Assembly: GCA_027036135.1 (NCBI GenBank)
Contig: JALVSY010000007.1
Coordinates: 164,880 to 228,879, forward strand
Reading direction: 5' to 3'
DNA length: 64,000 nucleotides
Origin: Pyrodictiaceae archaeon
GTDB lineage: Archaea > Thermoproteota > Thermoprotei_A > Sulfolobales > Pyrodictiaceae
Part shown: in pieces, positions 19,368 to 29,300 of the stretch
How the letters are laid out: every line of letters begins with the position of its first letter
Numbering within the stretch: the stretch's first letter is position 1
The notes under the pieces: generated by a model
Seen by the model: only the letters and a program-made list of their open reading frames with translations
The model's database searches: none
Told to the model about the DNA's origin: nothing
Program-made: the position numbers and the translations under genes

Positions 19368-20986
19368 TCAAAGAAACACGCTCCCAGCCTCTCGATCCTC
19401 CTTAATCCCGAACTCCTTCATCCTTGGCACACACGTGAACTTTAACACGGAAACAGGATAGACTACTACGTCGCATTCTATGTGCATCGAGACATGATAG
19501 GCTTCAAGCGTCCAGATCTGTCGTAGAGGATCCTCTGAGCCCTTACCAAGCAAGCGAGGCGCCGTGCTAATAAAGACAACAGCGTCATATGTTGATACTA
19601 ATGGGAATCTCTGCATGGCCTCTTTCCCAGGCACTGTATAAATAAAGACACCGAGGACACGCTTCCTCTTATTCCATAGTATGAAGTTGTAAAGCTCCGG
19701 AAGTATCTCTTCTCTCGGATGAAGCGCTTCGAGAAGCTCTACGCCCTCAATCATGAGTATGTCTGGCTTGTAGTGCTCTACGGCGAATCTCATAAGGAGG
19801 AGGAGCTCGTGAACCGTGTAGGCGCTCGGATTAAGTGATATCACGTGCACCGAGCCACCGTTACGTGATCCTAGTTGCTTTGAGAGCTGCTTTGCTAGGC
19901 ATTCGGTTATTTCGCGAAGAGCCGGAGCACTTGTCTTGAAGCTAATTATTAGTATTTTTGCCCCACGTATTGCCTTCTCTAAGCTAGCCAATAGGGTCAC
20001 TAAGAACCGGCTACTGACAGGTATGTCGAGTCCGATAGCTATCTGAGCATCGCGAGATAGCACAAGGCGCGGACATACTTCCTCGATGATCTGGCGCCTC
20101 CTTATATAAGGCATATCTAGTACCACGAGGGGCGGGTTAGTCCTTGAACCATAGATTAATGGTGTACATAGATTATATAGTGTGGAATAATCCGGTGGTG
20201 GTATCTCTTCTAGTTCCTCGGGAGAACTATGTCTATCATTTCGTGGGGCCTTATGTAGAACGTTACCTCGGAGAACCGGATGGGCGCCCATCGCACCTTC
20301 CTTATCTCCATTATTCGTAGCGGCTTTCCCCTCTTCATGACGGTGCGTAGAATGAATACTGCATCAACAACGAATTCCTCTACGCCCTCGCCTACAACTT
20401 GTGCCCCGTAGGGATGCTCTGCTACGAGGATGCTCGTGACTCCTAGTGACTTGAGACCGTTTACGAAGAAGTTCTGTAGGAGCTTTCTTATCCTGGATTT
20501 CTGCTTCCCTAGTATCTGTAGCATGACCGTGACGCTGTCCACTACTAGGCGCTTAGCGTTCATATCCATGGCCATGCCTATGATGTCCTCTAGTTGCTGT
20601 GCAAGAGCCTCATCATCAGCTATTGTTAGTGCCTCAACGTAGCGGAACAATCCCTGCTTCTCGTATTTCTCGAAGTCTGCTCCAAGGCTCTCCATATGGG
20701 CATAGAAGTCTTGGCGAGGCTCAACGAAGTTCACATAGATGCCTGGCTCGCCGCGCTTAAGCCCCTCATAGATGAACTTGGCAGCGAGAGTTGACTTACC
20801 GGTACCAGGGTTCCCGGCTACTAGGATTATTGCTCCCTTCATGAAGCCCCCGGCGAGGAGGCGGTCAAGCCCACTAATACCACTCGGAGTTATCTCGATG
20901 CGTGCTAGCCGAGGCGCGAACATATTGATTTCTTCTCTTTGCTCCTTGTACCCCTCCTTTCTGGGCTCTTGGGTCATGTCGTGCAC
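19368..20986 (-). pseudogene. Double-domain KaiC/RAD55-like ATPase, split by a single-base frameshift (or sequencing error)
   Basis: TPSGISGLD, GNPGTGKS, LVVDS, EIRKVR in domain 1. Adding one C at 20220-20222 joins IDIVLP to EELEEIPPP and the degenerate second domain. Confidence 0.75.
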
Positions 20987-21173
20987 CTCAGCACAGAGCT
21001 ACGAAGGCAATACGGCCAAACTTGTGCTGAATTACTAGGCTTATTCCTATAGGATCGTAGTACGGACGTGGTAATTAACGTACTACCTCCGTTTCCTGGG
21101 AGAGCACTATGTACTCGCATTTATTGTTTATGCAGGACAGATTTGTTCCGGTTTCTATTACTACTTGTGGCTC

Positions 21174-22052
21174 CTAGGTCATTATTCTGGGCGAGAATAG
21201 CATTATGAATGTGTCTAGGAGTGTTAGCATTGCTATGTATTTTGCCGCGAGTAGGCTGTAGCCGTGCACTATCCGTGCTACTATGAAGGCTGCCGCAAGT
21301 ATTATGACTATTAATGAGTAGTAGTAGAGGCCGAGGAGTAGGCCTGGGTTAACGGCTCTACCAAAGCCCGGGAGGCTCATAACGGAGAGCTTCTGGACGA
21401 GGCCTACTACTATTCCTGCTGAGAAGGCGTATGTTATTGATGCAAGGGCTCCTATGAAGCCGTACTCGCTTAGACGAGCCTTGACCAGGCTTAGTAGCCT
21501 ACGAGTGCTCTGCGCGTGGCTGGATGCTACGCCGAGTACGCGGTGCATCATGCCCCTGCTCTTAGTGGCTGTTACTATGTTGTAGGCGTATATCCTTACT
21601 TTGCGGGGCGCGTTGCTAAACGCTGCGCGGAACGCGTTGTCTAGGTCCCCGGTCATCTTGTATATCCTGGCCATTCTCTCCACGAGCATCGACATAGGCT
21701 TATCAAGTATCTTCGAGGCTGCTAGTAGCGCGTCGGCAGCAGAGCCTGTTGAGGCTAGGAGGCTAGCGTAGAGGGAGAGAAGCTCCGCTACCTGGTACTC
21801 AAGAGCCTCTGATATCGCTGCTTCTCTACGGGCATATAGGTAAAGGGGGAGAGCAGCAACTGTTATGGCGCCGGATATCTCTATCATTGTGCCGGGATCA
21901 GTTATCACGGGTATGAACCTGAACAACACGATCTGGTGCCTAGGCACTAGTAGGGCGTAGCCAGTCTTCGCTGCTAGCCCTGGGTAGAGGAAGAGCCAGA
22001 GAAGCGGCAATAGTAGAGCACTCGCCGCTGCGACTAATTGTCGTGTATCCAT
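21174..22052 (-). CDS. Type IV pilus / T2SS F-family (TadC-like) membrane platform protein
   Basis: Multiple TM segments, YASLLASTGSAADAL...TGDLDNAF, operon position. Confidence 0.75.
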   Translation of the reverse strand: MDTRQLVAAASALLLPLLWLFLYPGLAAKTGYALLVPRHQIVLFRFIPVITDPGTMIEISGAITVAALPLYLYARREAAISEALEYQVAELLSLYASLLASTGSAADALLAASKILDKPMSMLVERMARIYKMTGDLDNAFRAAFSNAPRKVRIYAYNIVTATKSRGMMHRVLGVASSHAQSTRRLLSLVKARLSEYGFIGALASITYAFSAGIVVGLVQKLSVMSLPGFGRAVNPGLLLGLYYYSLIVIILAAAFIVARIVHGYSLLAAKYIAMLTLLDTFIMLFSPRIMT

Positions 22053-22057
22053 GATGC

Positions 22058-22912
22058 TTACACCCTTATGCGCGACACCATCGAGTCAGCCATTACTGCT
22101 ATAGCCGCGCTCGTAGCTGGTATAAGTATGAAGGTTGAGATAAACAATATGTTGTCGAACGAGAGCAGGGGTGTCCTTGGCGGCTGTATAGCGAAGAGGA
22201 GAGCAACCACACCCACCGCGACTGGGAGCATTGCTCCTATAGCGACGAATATCTCTAGGAGCGCGCCGAGAGAAGAGGAGAGATTCTCGACGTATGACTC
22301 TGAGGCATAGAGGTACTCTGATACAACAGTGTCTATCACCTCCTCTATACTGCTACCCGTCTTAGCAGCTGCTGCAAGGCCGCCGAGGAGGCTCTTCAGG
22401 CTAGGGCTAGGAGTTATCTTCGCTGCCTCGCTGAGGGCTTTATCAAGGGGGATACCGGCTCGAATCGCTGAGGCAATGTACTCTAGCTCTATGCTGAACT
22501 CCCTTAGCTCTTCCCTCTCCTTCTCCCACAGCTCTATAAAGGCGGCAGCAATCCCGCTGCCAGCTAGTATGCGTGTTGCTAGCGCTGATGCGAAGGAGAG
22601 GAAGCGTGGCTCAAGCTTGCTCGCACGCCCCTTGTAGGCTGTGCTTGGAAGCATTATGTAGAGCGCGAGGCCTATCACGGCGAAGCTGAAAGCGAAGCCA
22701 ATGCCGAGAACTATTGTGGCCTGGAGCGGGAAGTGCCTGGCCGTGTAGAAGTAGGAGGCGAGTAGAGCCGGAAGCACAGTAGATAATAAGACAATGATTA
22801 TGGTGAACATTGTTGTGTAGCTGTCTAGGCTACGAGCAATCCCGGAGCCAAGGACATGGTACTCGAGGTCAGGGTTAAGGCTTAGCCCCAGCCTCTTAAC
22901 GAGCTCCCTCAT
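22058..22912 (-). CDS. Type IV pilus / T2SS F-family (TadC-like) membrane platform protein
   Basis: AGIPLDKAL...TPSPSLK...AAKTG motif, TM segments. Confidence 0.85.
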   Translation of the reverse strand: MRELVKRLGLSLNPDLEYHVLGSGIARSLDSYTTMFTIIIVLLSTVLPALLASYFYTARHFPLQATIVLGIGFAFSFAVIGLALYIMLPSTAYKGRASKLEPRFLSFASALATRILAGSGIAAAFIELWEKEREELREFSIELEYIASAIRAGIPLDKALSEAAKITPSPSLKSLLGGLAAAAKTGSSIEEVIDTVVSEYLYASESYVENLSSSLGALLEIFVAIGAMLPVAVGVVALLFAIQPPRTPLLSFDNILFISTFILIPATSAAIAVMADSMVSRIRV

Positions 22913-24430
22913 CCCCGGGACACCCTCTTGTAGGTATAGGGCGATGTCTCCGAGAGCGCCTCCTCGTAGACCTTGTCTGGTTCCCTCATGTAGCGTCTCA
23001 CAACCTCGTGTAGCTCCAGCATATCAGCATCCTTCTCAGCTAGCCACTTGATAACAGTAGCCCTCCTCTCAAGGTCGCGCCACACCTCCTTGGAGCTAGT
23101 AACTAGTAGCTCAGCTATGGATGCGACAAAGCTACTCTCGGGGCTTGTTAGAACCCAGTCGTCCTCCCTGCTCCTCCACTGAACCAGTCTATCTAAGTAA
23201 ATCTCGTCCCGGGCCGGGTCATACTCCCTGGTCTCGTCTAAGCGAATAACCTTTCTCGCTACACGGCCCCCTCTCTCAAGCCGCAGTATGTGCACAAATA
23301 GCTTCGTCGCGGCTATGAGGCTCTTGGGCACATTCATGGGGGGCGAGGCAAGACGCCTTATAAGCACATCAGCGCTCTCGGCATGAACCGTTGTCAAGCC
23401 ACCGTGCCCGGTCGCTAGTGCCTGGAAGAACGCGAAGGCTTCGCGGCTACGAATCTCGCCAACAATTATGACGTCTGGCCTCATCCTCAAAGCGCTCTCG
23501 ACTTGTGCTTGCAAGGTAACGTTCTGCACACCAGGCATATCGCTTAGCCTGGTGTGCATCGCTGTCCAGTTATCGTGGAACGGTAAGTAGATCTCCGGGG
23601 TATCCTCTATGCTAACAATCTTGTACTCCGGCGGGAGGAGCATTGCTAAGGCGTTGAGGAGCGTGGTCTTACCGCTCCCCGTGGGCCCATATATGACGAC
23701 GCCCTGCTTGTACTGGATAGCAGCCCAAAGCATAGCCACGATACCAGGGTCAAGTGTGCCCTTGTTAACTAGCTCTATTACCGTGAAGGGCTCGGCGCGG
23801 AACTTACGAATAGTGAAGCTATGCCCACGTCTAGAGACAACATCAAGAACAATATGTACACGGTAGCCCTCGGGGCGGAGAATACCCTCAACAACGGGTC
23901 TCGCGAGGCTAGGCTCTTGGCCAGAGCGGAGACCAAGCTTAAGAACCACGCGCTCAAGCTCAGCCGGGTCATTGAACACAATATTGCTCGTAAGCCACTC
24001 GAACTCGGAGTGATAAACAAACACCGGGGTCAATAACCCGTTGCACGAAATATCCTCTATATGGGGGTCACGGATAATCGGGTCAAGCCTACCATACCCA
24101 ACAAGGTCGCGGGCAAGATAATAAGCGACCCGGGAAGCCTCATCCTCAACACTCCGGCCAACCCTCTTTAACCGGGCACGCAAAGGAGCAAGAGCCCTGC
24201 GAGCCAATGCATAAGCCTCACGAATGCCCTCGCCAAAATCCTCTATAGAGGAGAAGCGACGAAGAAGACCCATATCACGAAGAATATGGGAACGAAGCCT
24301 CTCAAGAACACGGGCCCCGATATTACTAAGCCCAGGCTCCTCAACATTATAGAAACGCCTACCATCAACATCCTCGACAACACTAACAGCAACAGGAGGC
24401 TCGTCACGAATAAGATATCGGGATAAAAGT
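22909..24430 (-). CDS. Type II/IV secretion (pilus assembly) ATPase; true start lies upstream of the track ORF and is uncertain
   Basis: GYGRLDPI.RDP.IEDI, FTIRKF, GPTGSGKTT, SIEDTPE, LRMRPD.IIVGEIR, TGHGG. Frame stays open upstream of 24273 (LSRYLIRDEPPVAV...FYNVEEP). Confidence 0.9.
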
Positions 24431-24739
24431 CTCGAGGTCTCTCTATTTTGTACTTTTTCGCCTCCTAAGTCTTTGCCTTCATTACTTGTTGATTCTCCGT
24501 AAATACTAGCGCTTGTTTTTGTAATAAAACATCCCCCAAACTAATAACTCCTTAGGTTATCGTTCACCTATTTAAGCAATCGATACCTTGAGTAAAAGCA
24601 ATTAACACTATTTTATCTCAATTTAATTATTCTAATTATTGTATCATTCTCTGAGACAGAAATAAAGGATTAAAAAAGCAAGAGAAGATTTTAAGACTAG
24701 GATGCTCATGCTGCATTTATCCAGTTATATTTAACTCAT

Positions 24740-25174
24740 TTAACTCCGTATAGTTGCTACATAGGTGGCAGTAACACCATCCTTAGTGACCACCTTAACT
24801 ATTATAGTTGATCCCGATTTCAGCGAAAGACCTGTAACATTCACCGAGCCTACGCTACCAGGCGGTATCTCTATATTAGTTACCGAGGTATTTTCCTTTA
24901 TTACCTCACCGTTTGAGGCGTTTATGACATAGACGGTACTGAGATTTACCGGTATATTACCAATATTCCTCACATATACGGTTAGGGTACCACTGCTGGA
25001 GTTATAACTTACACTATCTATCGTTATTCGCTCTTGCAGGCTCGGCGATGACGTAGGTTGATTGCTCACAGTCCCGCTTACCCATGTATAGAGGAGCACT
25101 GAGACAGCTACCGCGATGAGTACTAAGAGCGCTGTAGCCACAACAGGAGATATACCCCTTAGTTGATACTTCAT
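24740..25174 (-). CDS. Archaeal type IV pilin (class III signal peptide)
   Basis: MKYQLRG|ISPVVATALLVLIAVAVSVLLYTW, YVRNIG. AT-rich gene. Confidence 0.9.
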   Translation of the reverse strand: MKYQLRGISPVVATALLVLIAVAVSVLLYTWVSGTVSNQPTSSPSLQERITIDSVSYNSSSGTLTVYVRNIGNIPVNLSTVYVINASNGEVIKENTSVTNIEIPPGSVGSVNVTGLSLKSGSTIIVKVVTKDGVTATYVATIRS

Positions 25175-25411
25175 AGCGCTTACACCTCTTATTTCTATTC
25201 TCCGCGCTGTGTTTCTTGTATATGTTTTTGGTTTAAAAGAGTTTGCGTAATGTTTGTAGCCAGATACTAATCTTAGCATAAACCTCGATTTACGCGATTA
25301 CAACAAGTTTATTTTTATTACTCCTTCTAGTCTTGAGGAGAATCCCTTATCTTAGGAATATTCAGAGTAAAAGCGAGATTAGAGGCTAGGGTTGTTCGGC
25401 TTTTAGAGGTT

Positions 25412-26302
25412 TTATGATACTACTCTTGCTACGTAGAGTTTTGATCGTGCTAGGTCGTAGAACATTTCTACTCCCATTAGTCTTGGTAGTTTAGCCAGTA
25501 TGTCTCGTTCCGTCATTATGCCTATTACGTGGTAGTTCTTATCGACTACTGGTAGTGCTGAGACTCCTCTCTTCCTCATTATTCGGAGCGCTGTTGAGAT
25601 GTCTGCCTCGGGCTCTATTGTTGCTGGAGCACCCACTGCTATTCTTAGGACTTCGATGTTGAAGACCTTGTCTTGCTCGCCTCTCTTTATTAGTTCTAGA
25701 CTTTCCTCGGCTGCTAGGAGGTCTAAGAGGTCACGCGCCGATATTATTGCCTCTATGCGCTGCTCCTCGTCAACCACGGGCGCGTGGCGGTGGCGGTGCT
25801 GCACCATTAGGCGGAGGGCGTCTATGACCCTGTCTTCTAGGCCTAGGCTGTGTACTGGCCTTGACATTATTTCGTGGACTGCTGCGTTTATCGAGCTTAG
25901 AGCCATTACGCCCGCTATGTGTTTCTCCGAGATCACTCCTAGTACGCAGCCATCTGAGTCGGTTACTACTACTGCTCCTATGTTTAGCCGGGCCATCGTG
26001 TCCACGACGTCCTCGACACCGAACTCGCCTACCACGAACCTGGGTGCGTCTCTCCTCATTATCGTCTCTACACGTGTATTGTTGAGACGCTCTGCTAAGT
26101 CCCCCTTCTCATAGCCCTCGAGTATCTCGCCTAGCATGCGCCTTATCGATAGTATGCCGCTTAGGCAGCCCCGCTTATCTACCACGACAGCGTGTCTTAC
26201 ACCTCGCTGGTCGAGGGCAACCATTGTTTCTAGTAGGCTCTGGCCCTCCTCGAGGATAACGGGTGGCGGGTAATGGCCTATTAGTACTAGTCTGCGTGAC
26301 AA
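25412..26302 (-). CDS. CBS-domain protein (four CBS repeats)
   Basis: VRHAVVVD, IGAVVV, RHAPVVD, VSALPVVD...GIMTERDI. Confidence 0.85.
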   Translation of the reverse strand: MSRRLVLIGHYPPPVILEEGQSLLETMVALDQRGVRHAVVVDKRGCLSGILSIRRMLGEILEGYEKGDLAERLNNTRVETIMRRDAPRFVVGEFGVEDVVDTMARLNIGAVVVTDSDGCVLGVISEKHIAGVMALSSINAAVHEIMSRPVHSLGLEDRVIDALRLMVQHRHRHAPVVDEEQRIEAIISARDLLDLLAAEESLELIKRGEQDKVFNIEVLRIAVGAPATIEPEADISTALRIMRKRGVSALPVVDKNYHVIGIMTERDILAKLPRLMGVEMFYDLARSKLYVARVVS

Positions 26303-26378
26303 GGCTACTTTGCGCCTCCACGCCTATTGAGGCAGCAAAGTAGGGGCCTAAAATAACCCACTCCTATCCCACGCGGCT

Positions 26379-29300
26379 CTATAATGGGAGTAACTGGTGG
26401 GCTTCCTCTCTTGTTAGCCCGCTCTCCGGGCTCGTCAGCGCTCTTGCTAGCTCGGCTAGGACGTGGTCTAGTACCTGCTGGTAGTCAACGGTTCCCTCCT
26501 CTATCTTGTCCATGGTCTCTTGTAGCTTCCTAGTAACCTCTTCCGATACTAGGCTCGGGAATCTCCGCATCAAGAAGTTGTAGACACCTATACCCCTCTT
26601 CGTGGCCACCATTTTACTAGCCCTCCCCGAGGAGACCACGTAGCCGCGCTTCATCAGCGTCTCTATGATCTTTGCATAGGTACTTGGCCTGCCAATACCC
26701 CTCTCCTTCATCAACCGTACCACGTCTGCCTGGGAGAGTAGCTGGACCGGGCTCCAGACAATTGCTCGTAGCCCCGCTGGCTCGTACTCTGCCTTTACTA
26801 GGGGCTTCTCGGGCCTCAGCACCGGGTATATGTCTAGCCAGGCCTTGTCCACTATCTCGACAACCTTCTCCATTTCCTTGACCAGCTTCTTTGGCTCCTC
26901 GCCCGGGACACGGGCCTCGACTAGTACCTCTGCTCTCTGCTTCCTCACCCTAGCTGGCTTCATCTGGCTAGCTATGAAGCGGCGGAATATGAGGTCATAG
27001 AGCCTATAGTGACGATTACTCAGTGGTCTGGCTAGCTGGAGTGCTCCCTCCTCTACTAGGCGTCTCAGTGTCTCAGTATCAATTGGCCTAGTTGGCCTTA
27101 TTGCTTCGTGGGCTCCCCCGGTGCCCCAGTGGCGCGGGTAGAAGAGCTTCTCTAGGGCCTCGTCTCCGTAGCGGTAGCGGAGGTACTCGCGTGCAACAGC
27201 TATGCCAGCGTCACTTATCCTCGTGCTATCGGTTCGGTGATAGGTTATCAGACCCAGCTCGAAGAGATCCTGAGCGAGCCTCATCGCCTCGGGGGCTGGT
27301 ATCCCGAGCCTCGATGCAGCCTCCGCTAGTAGCGCATCCGTGGTAAAGGGAGGCAGTGGTTTGAGCTCCTCCTCATACTCCTCCAGCTTAGTGACAGTGG
27401 CTCTTATCCCGCCCTGCTCCTTGAGAGCCTTAGTGACCTCTATGATCGCTTTCCTCTTGGCTCGGCGCCTCTCATTAAGCTCCTCGAGCCTCTCCAACGC
27501 ATTATAGTCTCTTAGTACCTGGTCTAGGAGCTTCTTTGACTCCTCTAGCTCTCTCCGTAGCCTCTCGCTTATCTCGTCGCCCCGTAGCTCGAGTACTAGC
27601 TCACCCTCGCCCGTCACCGGTCTTAGGCGTACACGGAACAATGGTATCCTTAGATAGATGTTACCGAGGGTGTGCTCAACTATCCACCCGAGCACGGGGG
27701 TTTGGACGCGGCCAGCGCTTAGGTTGTAGTTCGGTCTCCGGCACTCCTCCCTCATGTGAGCTAGTCTCTCGAGCGCGTTCATCATCGCCATGCTGTTCTT
27801 TAGCTTCCTTACGGCGTGGCGGTGCTTAGCCAGTATGCCCCACTCGCAGAACCATGGCCAGAACTTTGTCCAGAGCACGGGGGATAGCGTGAACCCTATC
27901 CAGCGATCCTCTACTCTCCGGACTATCTGTGCCTCGACGAGTCTCTCGTAGAAGGGTCTCGCGTTATGGATTGCCTCTAGTATCGCCTTCCTCGTTATCT
28001 CGTGGAACTCTACCCTCACAATACTCTTGGCTGCTGGCCTGACGAGGCTTGCTAGATCCCAGCCTATCTTCTCTCCCTCGGTGTCAGGGTCCGTGCCTAT
28101 CATTACAACATCTACTTCGCTAGCTATGTCGCGGAGCGCCTCCACGATGTCCCAGCTATTCTTTACAAGCGGTGAGCCGCAGACGGGGCAGCGTAGCTCA
28201 CCCTCGCTTGTCACCGGGTTATACTTGGTTGGGTCAACTACCCATTGGTGGCCACAGGCTAGGCAGCGAGCAAGAGGGGCATAGACGGGTAGATAGCGTC
28301 TCTCCCCTTTCGGGGCAACTAGGACTCCATGGATGTTGCGGGCTGTTCTCCACTCGTAGCCCTTCACGCTATTCTCTAGGACATCTAGGAGCCATGTAGG
28401 CTCTATTCTCTCGGAGGGCGTGGCTGGCTTTACTAGGTCGTAGACGTGGCCCCCACTAGCAGCTATTAGGAGTACGTAGTCTCCGGTGGATACCTCGTAG
28501 ACGCGGAGCGGGCCTATTTGCCGAGAGGATGGTTTCCCGAAGAAGTTCGCTATTGTCCTAGCCTTGTTCGGGCTCTCAACTATGAGCAGTGCTGTCTTGA
28601 CTAGTTCCATGAACTCTGGCTTTATCCTTCCCTCGAGTATGTCTCTTACGCGGCGCCGATCCTCATCTATTTCGCGCAGGATCTTGGCTAGGTCTAGTTC
28701 TTCGAAGCGGTGCCACTCAGCCTCTATTAGCCACCTAGTCCTCTTCATTAACCCGTTTAGGAGGCGCTGGTCATCAGCTATCACGACGCTGAGGCCCTTG
28801 GTTATGCCTCCTGCGAAGAGGCGGCTCGTCCTACCCGAGGCCTGGATATAGGTAGCGACGTCGGGGACGAGTATGTAGGCCTTGCCCTCGGCTCGTACAA
28901 CAGCTATGTCTTCTGCCTGCTCTAGCGCCTCCCATACGTCTTCGCGGCGGAGTGTCTCGCGCATCCACTCGAGGGCTTGCTGGAACTCCTTGGCATAATT
29001 TGTTATTATTTGGCCGCTTCTCAGCTCCTCCGCTATCTTCATCAATGCTGCCTGGCTTATCTTGCGCACAATGTTGCGCAGCCTCGCTAGGAGGAACTGG
29101 GCTCTCTCCTGTACATCCCTCGGGCCATGCTCTACGAGCACGCTTAGGGCCCGCAGAATGCTGACAGGGTGGGGCTCCTCGAATCGTGCACTGAACTTTA
29201 GCCGGGGCACACCAGCGAATACAGCGTAGCGAATCCTTTCCGGAAGGTCTAGGCCGCGGACAGCAACACCGTAGTATATCGCTACGCCTACTAGGATCTC

